Shown piece by piece: positions 10,950 through 24,139 of a stretch of DNA of 64,000 nt; the first letter of the stretch is position 1; each line of letters begins with the position of its first letter. Both the position numbers and the translations under genes were made by a program. Source of the DNA: Raillietiella orientalis (lineage: Eukaryota); NCBI GenBank assembly GCA_036172245.1, contig JAYWIR010000048.1, forward strand, positions 868,001 to 932,000. The letters run 5' to 3'. Below the pieces are notes generated by a model, which was not told where the DNA came from, did not search any database, and was given only the letters and a program-made list of their open reading frames with translations.

Positions 10950-12900
10950 AGGCAGTCTCCTACCGTGGTTGCTGGGTCAGCGATGAATACTCAAGAGCAG
11001 CGTAACCCACCTCTCAAGATTCTCCTTCTTCAGTAGTGCAGAAGCCGTAGACCAATCCAAGCACCTCGTCGTTTTGTGGATCCCGAGTCTGAGATGGTTG
11101 CCACTCAACGAAGGTGAGAAGCCTTTTCTGGGTGAAAAGAGAGACCTGCTGTTCTTTCCTTTGTCTTGTGGCCCCCAGAGCCATCGGGGGATGCTCAAAG
11201 GGCAAGTGACATCGAATACGGTCACTCTGCCTTCGCTCTGGTGCACCAAGTCGGGTCACAGCTGCGAGTCGATGCCGGCCACTGGCCTCCAGGTGTTTTT
11301 GAACAGCTTTTTTGACTCGACTGCTGCGTCTCCCTGGCAACGGAATGGAAGTTTTCCACCAGCTGATTGAGTAAGTACCGGAGCTTAGTGTCTCCTCCGT
11401 ACTCGGCCCACGCCCACTCCTGGTGGGGCAGAGACCGTGCTTTCAGCATGTGTGAATGGATATGCGACGAACCTCGAATGTTCTCCGCTGGAGAGGAAAT
11501 GGATCGGCTCGCGACTTCTTCCTGCTCCTCTGTAAGAGAATGCTCAAATTAGTTGCGATGGGCCATGCTCAAGATGCAACTGACTTGCTTCGTATTTCTC
11601 TCGATCGTAAGCTCATCCGGAATTGCCCTGACTTTCCTTGTTCAAAAATCGAGCTTTCCTGCATTCGACCCGAGGCTGATCAGTTCCTCTAGGCGCGAAC
11701 CTCCTCAGGTCTCCTCTGGCTGGTGGCGGTGGTGCTTCTCCTCCTGACGTGTTTCTAGAGTCTCCCAAGAGATGCCCAGCATGCCTGGTTGCGCAACGTC
11801 AGCAGCTCGAAGTGGCCGCCTGTTGCTAAGACGCTGATCTCGTTCGCCAAGTCGCCAGGTCCAGGTATTCGTTTGATCGGTGGGCATGCAGATCTCTGCC
11901 TGACCCTCTAAATTCCCCATCTTCTCCTTTTCTTGCTTTGCCCTTTTCAACTCACCCTCGTGAAGAAGCTGCTATTCATGGAGGCATTCCCATTACAAGT
12001 GGTGATCCGTCCGTGAAGACTATGCGAAAGTTCGGGAAACCACTGTTTCCAGAGGTGCCACTACGATGGCATGAGTCGAGGCGAGCCTAGCGCTGCACGC
12101 GTTTCGGGGACGCTGCTGTACCTTCGAGCGCAGCATCTCCTCTCCTTTGTGCTCCGTCTGTTCCTTTGGAGTCTGCAGATTTCTCGATGCCTTCATTTCC
12201 AAAGCATCCTGCGGCGAACCATCCCTCAAGCATCTTACGGTACTCTGACTTAGTTCTCTTTCTCCCTCCGACATCCTTTGCTGTATCTTTCTCCGCCCCA
12301 CGGCACCAGAAACGGCTTTATCTCGGTGTCCATCACCAAGTCGGAACGAATTCCTTGGAAACCATCAGTTCCCGTGTTCCTGTGTTCCCGTGGTAGCCCG
12401 CCTGCCGCGCCTCGTTGTGATTGCTGTTTGACTGCGGCACGTCGGCTGGGATTCTCCCGTGACTTTCCGCGCAAGGACCCTGATTGAAGGGGACTTGGGG
12501 GCCCATTTGCTCCCCCTCCCACTTGTAAGTGCTATGGAGCGTCTGCCGGGCGTCCCTGCATGAATCCAATTAGCCCATTGAAAGAGACATACGGAAAGAG
12601 TGGTCTGCTTACAGTCGACAACCCGCCTGCCCTGCTGATAGCAACGTTTCTCACCCAGGTCACCTTCCTTCTCGGCTCTCACGATGCCGGTTCGCTTCTG
12701 CACCAAAAAAATTCTTATGCACGTCTTCGCCAGCGCTTCCTGGAATTTTTTTCTACTTCTTTGGTCCCGAAGCTCCTGCGAAACGCTCGCTCTAAGGCCA
12801 GAAAGGAGCACCCCACTAGAAGAATTAAGACACTTACCTCTGGTGATTTACCCGGGAGGAAAAGATGAAATCTCTGCAGGGACACCTTCAGTCATTTTTC
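10950..12900 (-). mobile_element. Decayed RLE-type non-LTR retrotransposon (Utopia/NeSL-like), RT to restriction-like endonuclease
   Basis: PDLVHQSEGRVTVFDVTCP[fs]FEH...RQRK (11255-11155) is a PD..D..(D/E).K nuclease motif. It is followed by TRDPQNDEVL (resembles WDP.N) and preceded by KARSLP...GDTKLRYLLNQ (resembles ARLN.LP...ET..H+LN.C). Weaker RT-like remnants lie upstream. Confidence 0.75.
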
Positions 12901-13329
12901 AGAGATCTTCCTGAAGCGATACCATCATTCTAACCAAGGCAGCCTACCACAGTCACTTTCTGAGATCCATTCCTGTTTCACTTCGATTCCATCTGGGGAA
13001 AAGTTGTTTGGGAAGATGGGAGGCATTTGTTATCGAGATATTCGTGACAATCCTTGAAGGATTGAAATATGGGAGGAACGCAGAGGCTAACACATTCGCT
13101 TGACGGAAAGAGGGACCGCGGGAAGTAGTCTGAAGGGAGAACAGGGCGAGGAAAGGAAGAGTTCCACGATTCCAGGGAGGAGCAGCTGATGTCAGACGAG
13201 AATCTGACGAAAGCCCCTACTTCTCGAACGGCGCGCGATAGCTGCAGTGGCAGCTTCCAAGAGCGCCTCACCCGAATAGGCCAACCGGAGTCATCCTACG
13301 GTGAAGAGGGGGGGCAATCGAAATCCACG

Positions 13330-13420
13330 AAGGCACTCATCTCTCGGCATTGGGATTCGAACCCGCAAGGACTTGATGCGACGCGCGGAGACTGCCGCCA
13401 CTCGGTCGTCAACGCGGTCA
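13330..13420 (-). mobile_element. SINE 5' head (tRNA-like), truncated
   Basis: Reverse complement reads ccgcgttgacgaccgagtggcggcagtctccgcgcgtcgcatcaagtccttgcGGGTTCGAATCCC, homologous to the SINE heads. Confidence 0.65.
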
Positions 13421-15779
13421 TCCATCCATCCTGCAGCGGTTCGCAGAATCCCATTCGGAAAGGAACCGTGGGCAGCGCTCCCGGGAAGAGCAGCCGCTCA
13501 TCTCTCCTGAGTCGCTTTTTCTCGAAGGCCGAGGGCAGCTTGCGAGAGCAGCAACATTCTTCGAGGCTTCGCTGCGCGCGCGCTCGGAGCTCTCGCGTTC
13601 TTCCGAGAGCAGCCTCGGGTCTTCTTCTTCCCAGCCACATGAAACCGCGTCACCCTTGAGACGGCGCAAAAGGCTTTCAAGCGAGGCGGCACGGCTCCCG
13701 GACGGGGTGAAGAGGGAATGCCAGGGCGCGGTGGCGGAGGCGGAAGGCTGTAATCAGTTGCGATCACCTTTGCGCGAGAAGGCCACTAGCAGAATGTCTG
13801 ACCTCCGAGAGAAACGGATGGGCACGCGCAAGAAAATTAAAAATAAAAAGCAACGAGAAGGATGCAGGTGCTACCACTAAATTGGAGTGTACTGCGTCGC
13901 CGTAACCTGACTATCTGTCTCCGCGCGGGGCCGTGGCTCCGGCCTCTTCCGGCCTCTTCGGCAGCGGGCGTATGCAATTTCGGAGCCAGGAGACGGCTCA
14001 CGGGGAACCGCCGCGACCGCGAGGGCGATTCCTCTCCGCTGCGACGCGAGCAACAGCTGAAATGAAGATGTTGGAATACCCGGAGACGCGATTTTCCTGA
14101 CCTCCTCGTAGGCAGCAGCAAAGTCCACGCAGTAAACTTTCTCAGCTTCTTCCGCTTGATCTGGCGCCGTGGTTCACGGCTCGCACCGCCCTTGCGGTCC
14201 GCTCACCGCAATCGTGGAGCTCACAGTTCCTTGGAAAGAGTGACGAGAAAACTTGCATAAGCCTGGATGTTGATGGACCTTCGAATACCAAGACGTGCGG
14301 ATGCCCTGGTTCGTGCGGCACGAGCGGCTATCTGGAGGCTGGGAAGGCTCAGCGGAGGAGAACGGTGTTCGGTGCAGAGCACACCTGAGCACGAGCCGTT
14401 TTGCACTGAACGGAACTGACGTCTCCCGAAATGATCGCAGCTACGTGTTGAGATTGCAATGGAGGTGACTTCGAATCGGAAAGAAAAAAAAAAAAAAAAC
14501 GTACACACACGCACTCACACTCGTATACACGCGCAACACCAGACGATAAATCAGCAGTGTTAAAGGGCAAACATCTCGGAACGACGTGTATTTTGGCTCG
14601 CCATCTGCGTTCTGCGTTTACAAAGATAAATTCTCCCTGGCGTTTTTCGAGCAGAGATTTCGTTTCGTTTGTACCTCAAGGATGGCGAAAATTCCTTGAG
14701 AAATGACTTCCATCTGTTACTTCCAGGGCAACCATGCAACGAGGGAATCTCTCGCGCGTTGCTCGAGCATTCTTCAAGTGCAGCGTGCACGCACGAGGAG
14801 TTGCTTATCGCCGTTTCATTGAGCCCCGAAGCAGCGATAATTCAGCTTTGGTTCCAAGGTGGGGCCCTCCCTTCTTTCCGGGGTGCACCTGCAGCACGTC
14901 GATGCACGGCGTCGCCGCCGCGCAGGGGGAAGGGGCAGCTCTCTGGAGCCGTAGGGCCCCCGGCTCTCGGCCCACCAGAGCGCCGGGGGGCCGATCCGCA
15001 GACGGTCGTGACCTCCGCACACGGCCCCGCGGGCCCGTGAGGGGCGATAGGCCGCGCGTATCCCCTACCCCCACCCCGGGACGTGGCGGAAGACCCGAAG
15101 CCTTCTCTCCGGGAAGCGGCGCTGCACCCAAAGGGGCGCCCTCCTCTTGGAAGTGAGCAACTTTTTACTGCTTTCCTTTTCTTTTCTTTTTTTTCTTTTC
15201 ACAGTTGCCTTCCGAACTCTTTCCTCTGCCCCCGGCTAGGACATGTGTCACGCTGAAGATCACGAGGCAGAGCGTCTGTTTGGCTATCGAGATTCATGCT
15301 CAGGAAGGATGCGCCGCAGAAGATGCCGCGGTTTATAAAAAAGCGCCATCAATACGGAAGTGCCTCCTCATCAGGGAGAAATCATTCATGAGAACAAGCA
15401 CGAGCCAAGCCCTTATGGCACCCGTGTTTATTTAATGTGTAGGGTGAATTATTTAACAAATGCATAAACGTCCGGAGACCTGATCACGGGATTGAGCTGC
15501 TGGCGCAAGGAACATCCGGGGGCGGAGATTACCATGCTGTTGCCATCTTCGGTAGCGTGCCAGACACAACCGGCGACCATCAAAATCCCGAAGCATCGTA
15601 AAAAATGCACACGCGTGCTTATTCTACAGAAATTCGTACACAGATTCGTATTAGTAAACATAGCTATTCCTATTTATTAACAGGAATATTATTGGAACAT
15701 ATGTATTGAGTAAGATGTGCTGACATGCATTTTATGAGTAAAATTAATGAGTTGTTGATTATCAGTTTTTGGTATACAT

Positions 15780-15850
15780 GAGTGCTTCCCGAAGTGGGCG
15801 ACGCTGCCCCCTGGTCGGCGCTGTAACGATTCAGGGGGCGACAGTGGCTC
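15780..15850 (+). mobile_element. Possible terminus of a hAT/Charlie-type non-autonomous element
   Basis: gagtgcttcccgaagtgggcgacgctgccccctggtcggcgctg resembles CAGTG(C/G)TTCCCAAAGTG...GCCCCCTGGTGGGCG hAT termini. The partner end was not found. Confidence 0.3.
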
Positions 15851-15974
15851 CAAGTGCAGCTGGGGGATGTTGAATCAAAATAGGGGGAAGGGCGGGGCGA
15901 AGGGATAGAGATAGAGGAGAAGCAAATAAGCTTAGGAACTATGATATACTTGCATTAAAGATTATGAAAAATAA

Positions 15975-16085
15975 ATATACATGCTTATTGTATGTATCCA
16001 TATACATACATTAATGTATGCACTTATATACATATATGTGTAAACATATGCACAAATATATGTATACACATAAATCTATATGTTT
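15975..16085. repeat. Degenerate (TA/CA/TG)n microsatellite
   Basis: tatacatgc...tatgtatccatatacatacattaatgtatgcacttatatacatatatgtg... Confidence 0.8.
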
Positions 16086-16244
16086 TGTCTGCTTGGAACG
16101 AGTGCACGTGTTTATTTTTCGCGTGGTTTAGGGATTTTGGACCCTTCCAGACACGACTGCCAGGGCGAGGGATGGAACCTTTCGCAAGGATGCAGGAACG
16201 AAACCTTCCGTGGGAATCGAACGATCCACCTGCGGCGCTCCATG

Positions 16245-16999
16245 GTAACCGGCGAAACCCGTGCGGTTGCTGTCTCCGCCTGCGGCGCACCGAGTGCCAC
16301 GGGTTCGAATCCCGCCCGGGGAAGGATGGACACCCAGAGATAGGGGTGCGCCGTTGATTTCGAGCGCCCCTCTCTCCGCAGGATGGCGCTGGCTGTGTCC
16401 ATTTGTGTGCAGCGACATGGGCGGAAGACGGAAACTCCCTGGATGCCCCCGTTGGCTGACCGGGATTGGAATTCGATCTTCTGGGGTCCCTCGAGGAATC
16501 GAGCAACCGTTTGGGATTTCCCTCTGGTTGTGAAAATGAAGCCGTGCCCCCCTTCCCTCCCTTCTGGGGTGATCCTCCATCGCGTACCGTGGAGCTGGTG
16601 GATCAGTTGATGCCTCTCCAGAGTGTCAAGAAGTGCGCTGCTGCCTTCAAGGAAAATCGGGAAGCGGCCCTTCAGGACGTTCCTCCAGGGGAGAAAAGGA
16701 CGAGCGACCCCTCCAAGAGACCCTCTGGAGAGAATTAGGAAGAGATTCCCTTCGGGGATTCCATCCCAGGCGCGAGAAGAACGGACTCCCTTTCTCCGGA
16801 GCCTCCCTGGATCCATGGGGTGGTCCCCTCCCGCTGTGCCTCCTAACTTAAAGAGACACACGCACCCTCGGGCGGTTTGGTCTGCGTTAAAGAGCTCCGT
16901 GATCCTCCTCCCCTCTCCCTTTCCATGAAAAGAACTGTTCGCCCCACGAGGAGGCGAACAGTTCTTCAGCACTTGGCGAACCAAGGAAGAAATAATAAG
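16245..16999 (+). mobile_element. tRNA-derived SINE, near full length
   Basis: B-box GGGTTCGAATCCC at ~16301, conserved body, and 3' end gaggaggcgaacagttcttcagcacttggcgaacc followed by an A-rich tail. Confidence 0.85.
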
Positions 17000-17329
17000 C
17001 GTCTTCACGTCAGGTCGCCTCTGGCCTTTAAAAAAGCAATGAAGCTCTCGTGGAGTTCATCCTACAAGGAAAGGATTTTCCCGAGGACATGGAAATGCAG
17101 AGCTGCAGCCGTCTGACGTCACTGAGGAGAGTCGAGTTCGCGTCCGGATCGCGAACCTCGAGCGAATGACGAAGTTTAAAACGACGCCTTTGGACCTGCC
17201 GGAGCCAATTGCCCGGAGGCGGTTTCTTGCAGGCGCCTATATCAAGTTGATTTTAGTTTCATATTAGGATCGCCTGTCGTCTTGCTACGTCGTCTCTGGG
17301 CACTTACGGGTCGACTGGACCATGCACAG

Positions 17330-17635
17330 AGGTCGTTTCGTGGACGCCGCTCCTCCACGTCAGACCTTCAGGATCCAGCTGGAGCGCTTGCCACTGTCAC
17401 CAGGATCTGTGCCAGCGGCGGTGGCTCCAGGTGAGTTCGATTCCGAGCCCTCCTTCCCCGGGACCTGAAGAACCCGCCGTCCTCCGTCGGGCGCGGCGCC
17501 GGAAAGCAGGAGCGGCACCGTCCCGGCGGCTGGGTGCCGCACGCTCGACACCTCGGCGCCGCTCACCTTCAGGATGGCCGGCTGCTCCGGCAGGTGGATC
17601 CTCACACCCTCCCTAGCGGATTCCGTCTCCATGGC
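17330..17635 (-). mobile_element. Possible L1/Tx1-like ORF1 fragment (zinc-knuckle region)
   Basis: LPEQPAILKVSGAEV followed by QPPGRCRSC, resembling P..+.+.G....GQP..C..C. Confidence 0.3.
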
Positions 17636-17639
17636 TTGG

Positions 17640-17790
17640 CTTCCGGTTTCCGAGGCGTTTATTTATATGAAAATAAACTTACAGTCGGTGGCTGGGTTCT
17701 TGGTCCTCCACGTCACAAAGTAGCCATGGGAACCAGCACTCAGGCCGGTGAGGTTCGCCTCGGCAGCAGAGGGGAGAAGTTGAGAAAGAG
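17640..17790 (-). mobile_element. Tx1-like family A 3' UTR fragment
   Basis: Reverse complement has ctcccctctgctgccgaggcgaacctcaccggcctg and aataaacgcctcgg, matching the 3' UTRs at ~28320 and ~38195. Confidence 0.5.
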
Positions 17791-18700
17791 GAACTGGATA
17801 AGGTCATCGCATGCTTCCTGAGCATCCCAAGGGATGTGCAGGATGTGGAAATTGCAGGGGCCAAGGATGATTGTTAGGACCGCGAGCAGTTCGCAACAGA
17901 TGGCCACCGCCAGAAGATACGGCTGTTTCGCCTCACTACGAAGATGGTGGCAAGCACCGAGAGTTCTGGGCAAATCAGGAATTCAGCTGCTGGCCCTTAT
18001 TACCAGAGCAAACATTCGAGAAGCGATGACGAAGAATCCGGGACGAGGACGACGCTTTGTCTGCGACCAGTCCCTAAGCATGCCTCCAAGCGAACCTGCA
18101 CTGACGGTTGGAACCCCAGTCTGTACGAGAGACTCACCACCCGACACTCAGGATGACCTCCTTGATGTTCTGCCACGGAGGCATCCTGGGCAGCACGAGG
18201 ACAAAGCACTGGTAAGACGACGTTCAGGACGTGATGTGCAAAGCTTGAGGGGTCAGGGAATTCCAACTCCACGGACTCACCTGCCCGACGATGCGCCGCG
18301 ACTGGGCCAAGCTGAGAGAGGTGGCTGGCCTGCAGACGGTGAATAAGAGGGAGATCTCGGCGAAGATTTTCGAAGGGGACAGCAAACGTCCTCCGATACA
18401 ACCCAGTGGTCCTCGCTGCAACATCGCCCTCTTCATCACGAGCATCGTGATAAGAAAGGCAAAAATGCGGACCCGGATGAGCAATGCGCCGGCAGTGGAC
18501 ATTCTGAAAGGATTATTAAAAAAGGAAATTGGGATCGGGATCTGTGGGCGCATTCCCACTTCGGCTTACCGTTACACCCTGCAAAGGATTGAGGAACATG
18601 GTCAAGTGAGTGGAGTCCACACAAGACCTAGTGACTCTATTCCGATGAATACCCCAAAAAGCAAGTGACGCTCAGTGATATTGAAATTGCAAGTGAAGTT
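17790..18700 (+). mobile_element. Possible RLE-type (R2-like) retrotransposon 3' relic
   Basis: ELDKVI..FLSIP, GIQLL, WAARG..KLEGSG, ANVLR..PRCN and L.DIEIASE occur in an order compatible with R2-type thumb, zinc finger and RLE domains. Heavily decayed. Confidence 0.3.
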
Positions 18701-18759
18701 GAGTGACAAACTGTTGTACTGTGAATCAGTTAGACATTAACATAAGGTTGCCAAATAAG

Positions 18760-18980
18760 TTCACCCCATCGAGAGTGGGACTGGGGAAAACGGCAGACGT
18801 TGGGGGAGGGAAAGACGATATATCGGGGACAAACAAAAATAAAAATAAAACAAAACTGTACATACAAACAAATTGGAAGGGTTCGGGAAGAGATCACTGT
18901 CTGCTGCAGGGGGTCCTCGGCATCCTTTGCAGGATGCCAACAAGTTTCTGTTTTATCATTCCCAGATGGCGCCATCTTGA
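18760..18980 (-). mobile_element. Tx1-like family A 3' fragment
   Basis: Reverse complement (atggcgccatctgg...tggcatcctgcaaaggatgccgaggaccccctgcagcagacagtgatctcttcccgaaccc) matches 28170-28260 and 38080-38140. Confidence 0.6.
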
Positions 18981-18989
18981 CACTATCCT

Positions 18990-20610
18990 CACGAAGAGGA
19001 GCACAAAGTAGATGTTGTTCCTGTCGTTCTGGTCTCCTCTTGCGTTGCTCTATGCAGCCACGATCCCGCGTAGGCAGTAAAGTGCTGCTAGGGATGAGGC
19101 TGTCATGAGGGAGTCGAGCAGGAAGAGGCGCTTCAGAATGTCTCTGGGGTTGCCCTCAGGGTTCCCAAGGACGTGGCAAAGCATTCCCACAGGGGACGGA
19201 GGACAATACGAGCCGGTGTGGGAGGGGCTCCCTTTCTCCGCACCTGCTGCAGCACGGACTTACACCCGTCCACCCCGGTCCAGGGATGCCTGAGGTTGTT
19301 GCACGGGAGGCCTCCATGCAACAGCAGGATCGCCGACTCCTGTCACTTTAGGGGAAGGGTTGCACTTTACAACAAGCTGGGGCCACATCACTTCCTCCAG
19401 AGTCCTAGCAGCTCTCCCTAGAGGAGCAATCTTTTGGTTGGAACACTCGCGGTGGCGGCGTCCGTCAGCTCCCGCGGCTGAAGGCAGGAGACATTTGGAT
19501 GTCCTGACTTCATACCATGGAATGCTCCAGGAAGAACTTCTCCCATAGCGCCAGTTCCTGAGGAAGCGGTGCACTACTCGACGAAGTGGTCGACTCTGGC
19601 CTCCAAACACCCCTGTGGCAGTGCTGTCCACCCTCAGGGCAAGAAACGACAATTGCCCACCGGTGGGGCGAGTTCTTCCGCACGGCCGCAGTAAAGATGA
19701 AACTCCCGGACGTCTGGAAGACCCGCGATGGAGTTACAGGATGCCGCTATGCCGCATATCCAGGCGGAGACCCCTTCGGTGGAGCGAGCTTCAGTGTCGC
19801 CCCCGAAGAACCTGTGGTCCCTCCCCAATGTTTGTGCACTTGCGTGTTCCCTGTGACGTGGAAGAGCGAGCCTGCTGTTTCTGCACGGGAGACTCCGGCG
19901 CAATCAGCTCTGGCATTCTCGTTTCCGCAGAGAGTTGCATTCCCCGAAATGTGCCAGGAGTGAGGAAAGTGGAATCGACCTCGTACCTTTGTTGGAACTG
20001 CGGCGCTCTCCAGGAACTGAGGCGGAGGCCCGGCCTTGGAGCTCCTTCACCAGGAGGAGAGCGCCCGTGACCTTCTGCTGTGGTTCTTCGTTCATGACGG
20101 ACTCTCAGCTGGTGCTGCGGTCGAGACGAGGTGCTGCTCCGCGCCATCGTCACGGCGCGCCATGTGTTGCAGTCTCGGGAACAGCGAAAGGAGGTTACCC
20201 ACATGGCAGCCACCTACATGAGAACTGCTTCCAGGTGGTCTCATCTGGAATAGGAATTGAAGACGGAGATCCAGCGCCGGCATCCAGAGCCCTTTGTAAA
20301 AATGGAGCGGACGACGCCGGTAACTCCTATCACTACCCTCCCCTTATTTACTTATTGTGCTTTGCCACCCTTTCCAAACTTTTTCCGGTTTTCTTCTTTT
20401 CTATAAGGAACGGGACTAACCAAAGACTCGTATCCCACCCTCTCTTTTTTGTTACTCGTTTATCGCCCCCCCCTTCTGTTTCGTAATTTTTGATGCTCTG
20501 ACCTAGGTATCGATGGACCCTTCTCTTAAGTTCTTCCGTCCCGGCTGGGAACAGAGTTCCTGACTGGTTTAGTTTTATTAAATAAACGCCCCATCGTGAC
20601 CGGACGTTGA
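18990..20610 (+). mobile_element. L1/Tx1-like LINE family B, ORF2 C-terminus plus 3' UTR
   Basis: KNLWSLP...LLFLHGRL...PKCARS / VESTSYLCWNCGALQELR (zf-RVT-like) and C-terminal AATYMRTASRWSHL. A 3' UTR hairpin and AATAAA lie at 20581. Homologous to 20870, 35445, 51150, 56605 and 63050. Confidence 0.65.
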
Positions 20611-20869
20611 TATGGACGGCTGCAACCCGTCCACAGCAGCGAAAGCCTCCGGTGGTGCCTGATAAGCGTTGGTCTGGATGCTGTCTCCCAATGTTTGGTT
20701 CATCCCCTAGAGCCAGTTTTCCTCACTCCACTGTCTGGTGGGCTTTCTTTGACCAATTTTCAGCAAACCGGACACTCTTCACCACGCACTTAGGTGTTGG
20801 AAATAGACTGAGGTCGTTTCAATCCCAAGGACTCCAATCATTTTCTTTATAGCATGAGCCTCTCTTCTG

Positions 20870-21800
20870 TCCTCGTGCTTCGACTGGTGCCGACTACCCT
20901 GAGGCTGGCAAGAAACTGTAGAGAACTGGGCTGCCCCCCTAAGAGCGCGCCCGGAAATACCCCGTCGTCTGCAAGCTGCCCTCCGCCACTTGCTCGGAGA
21001 TGTCCCGCAAGATTCGACGGAGTGTTCCTGGCTGAACGCAACGCCCCTTGCTGCAATGCCGTCCGCCCTCAGAGCAAGCTGCGACAGTAGCCAACCCGCG
21101 GAGTGGAAGCTCTGCACCTTTTGAGGAGCTCCAAAACTCCTGGGTAGCTGGACGAGGGCGAACTGGAGGACGCCACTGCACCTCGCTCCCGGGCAAAGGG
21201 ACACCTTCGGTGGAGCGGCCCTTTGAGTGTGACCCTGAAGAACTTGTGATCCCTCCTATGTGCTTGAAGACTTCAGATCCTCTTAAGGTGGAAGAAAGAG
21301 GTGATGCTGCTCCTGCACCGCACCTCTAGACGGACCGCGATGCCTTCAGCGCTCCTGCACCGGGAGGACACCTCCAAAGGTAGGCTGCAGGCGATTCTTC
21401 GCGTGCGCCGGCCTCTCGGCTGCCGCCGTGGTGCATCTGCGCCATCGTCACCGCCCACCGCGTGCTGGTGTCTTCGGACGCGGAGAAGGAAGGTCGGCTG
21501 CAAGCCTCGCAGCCTCCCTCAAGGAGGAAGCTGCGAGGCAGCCTTACCGGGAGACGAAGTTGAGTTGGAGACCGCCGCCGGCATCTGCGCCGCTACTGAA
21601 CTAGGAGGAGCGTCCCATGCCGAGGGCTCCTCTCCCCACCCTCCCTTTATTTATTTATCTTTTGTCCCCTTCCCTCCCTTCTCTGGGCTGCCTCAGCATC
21701 CGTTTTGCGCGTAGGTGAACCTTCCCAGTGAACTTCTTGTTTTTGTTTGTCTGAGAACCGCGTTCCCAAGCTGTTTGTTTTCCTCCAAACAAACTCCCTG
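20870..21800 (+). mobile_element. Tx1-like LINE family B 3' fragment (internally deleted)
   Basis: Nucleotide homology to 19200-20600, 51150-51640 and the reverse complement of 56900-57320. The 3' UTR hairpin remnant is at ~21750. Confidence 0.6.
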
Positions 21801-21819
21801 GCGACCATAGCAACGGGTG

Positions 21820-22300
21820 GAAAGCTATCCTAAGGGAAACTTCGTAAGTCAGGTGCCAGGTACCTTGATTCATCTTTCCCCCTATACGGACCTCCTACGA
21901 CCAACTTGCACGCTGGGGTTTCCGGGTTCGTTCTCTGGTTCTCCCTGGCTCGGGCCTGACTGTCTGGCTGGTAGCCGCCAGGATTCCGCCGGAAACGTTC
22001 GTTTATCCTTACCGCCGCTACCTTCGAGCAAATGGACGCGTTTGTCCTTGCGAGGCGGATGTTCTGTGGTTCCCCTCCTCCTTCACACGTTTCCATGGAC
22101 CGCGCGAGGCGCCACCTCGGAAACCGTCGTTCCGAGGACGCAAAGAAAGCGTACGGTCTCCCACGCCATCGAAACTTGCGGAGCCTTGCTGGGGAAACAT
22201 CCACTGAGAACCTTCCGGAACAAAGAATCCCCAGCCATCAACTGTTGTTACTCAACCAAATCCCCATTCTCCGCAGCCCATCCATCCAAATGAGTTCTCC
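21820..22300 (-). mobile_element. Possible piggyBac transposase C-terminal half
   Basis: LVE*QQLMAGDSLFRKVLS (resembles +.YN..MGGVD+.D) followed by RKFRWRGRPYAFF (resembles R+..RW...+F). Confidence 0.3.
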
Positions 22301-22469
22301 TGTATTAGAAGAAAGAAAAAGAAGTGCGCAGATGCTTCGCACTGTACCAGACGATCTTTCTGCTTTGAATCCGTATTATCACCTTTGAAATCTGGTTTGT
22401 ATCACGGGGCTGATGCCTGGCGGCATTAGAGGAAGATTAATGCTACCGCTGCAGATTGATGAAAGGAAA

Positions 22470-23900
22470 AGAAAAAGGAACTTGCGGAAGATACTTCCCT
22501 CACCCTCGTGATGGATTCCACGGATCAATTCACTTTCACGAGTGCGCGAGCGGGAGCATCCCGTGCCCTCCGTTCATCCCGGACTTCGATTCCCTCGAAC
22601 GCTTTGGGGTTCTTCCTTGTGCATCCATCGATCCCAGGAGGGAGCTGCTTTGGATGACGAAGGTTCCTAAACGCGCTTGCAAGGTCGTCCCGAGAAGATT
22701 CGAATTTCCGAGGTGCCAGCCGCACGACGGTGCGGCCCCTGCTTTCCAAAAGAAATGCACTTCCCTCCCTTCCCGATTCTTCAAAGGCATCTTTGGTCAG
22801 GACCAGATGCACATTCTCAACCCTTCATTCCAAGTGCTCATCGTTTCCAGGGTTTCCATCCGTAGGGGATGGATAGCATGCCGTAGGTTGCGCGCTGCCT
22901 AGAGCTGTTCAGCCGACAGCTCGAAGAGCGTTGAGCGCACGCAGCACTCCAGAAGCACCGAGGAGGTCGCACGCGGAGGGAGCGAGGCTCGGGAGTGCAA
23001 CCTGTCACACATGACGTTGAGGCGGCACACTCTTGGAAAAATTCCACTTTTTCAAATCCATCGCCTCCACAGCTGCACGTCATCAAGCGAGATGGAGGTT
23101 CGGCTATCCTGGAGGGCGCTTTGAAGAGAGGAGGGAACGCCTCGAAGGCAACGCCGAATCACACTGTCGGTTTCCTGCGTGGGAAGAATGCGCGCATCAA
23201 ATGAGAGGTTGGAATGTGCGTCTGCTCCGATGCTGAATCGCCGTTCCGACAACGCCCCAGGGCTTCTTCACAAGCACGAGAGCCTATTTGCACACCCCTT
23301 CGGCGGAAGCAGCGGACCTTCCACGTTTCAAACCAATGGCGACTGGACTCCAGCGAGAGGGCGTGTCATCGGAGGAACAGGGCTCTGCGCGAGTCAGCGT
23401 GGTCAGTTGGAGTGGGGGAAAACCTCCTGGTATTGACACAGCTGCACCTGAACGGGAGTCGCGGAGGCGATGGAACTCTCAAACGATGAGGATTTCCCGA
23501 AGGTGCTGCTCCGGAGAATCGGGAAAGGGAAGCGGGGAAGAGCGAGCAAGGTTCCGCAAACCTCTGGAGGGGACGAAGAGGAATCCACTCTGTTTCGAAA
23601 CTTTGTCGCAAGTCGCGAAGGAGTATGTATCATGGGGTAACGAGCAGTTCAGACGAGGCGTGCACAAAAAATGAGACCGAACTGGTCCTTCCCGCTTCCG
23701 TAACCACCGAATTCGAGTCCCGGCGTCATGGCGGAGAGCGAGTGGGGACACCAGTAACGGGCAATAACATATCCGGAGAAGGAAGGAGCGTGCTGAACGT
23801 CTTCTCCCTGTCTCTTAAATGAATTCCAACGACGCAGGATAAGGACAGCGGAGCAAGTAGAAGACTTCGGAGAAAAGGAAATCTTTGCCATCCCTCCCCG
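22470..23900 (-). mobile_element. Decayed RLE-type non-LTR retrotransposon
   Basis: CSCGGDGFEKVEFFQECAAST (CCHC-like), then HLVLTKD (resembles PDLV), FEE..SAFLLESR and PPGIDG. Confidence 0.4.
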
Positions 23901-24139
23901 GAAAAAGGCGATGGCAAACGTCGTTCGTTATTATAAAAAGGACACGAACTGATGGCGTTTGTAAAACGAGATCTAATAACGTAGTGAGCAAGGCCGCTTC
24001 GATAGAAAAACGCTTACAGTCATAACTACCGTCTTCTATGATCTCATAAATGCTCACCTATGTCGATGGGCGACAAGTCGAACACGTGAAAACCTTCAAG
24101 GATAATTTTAAGATGGTTGGCAAAGCGTCACCGTGTCAC

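Noticed and set aside
16255..16320. Apparent tRNA gene (GGTTCGAATCCC)
   Set aside because: No proper cloverleaf or acceptor stem. It is always followed by the SINE body and the copies are degenerate.
16112..17008. 298-aa minus-strand ORF
   Set aside because: It is an antisense reading of a GC-rich SINE copy and is not open in the other copies.
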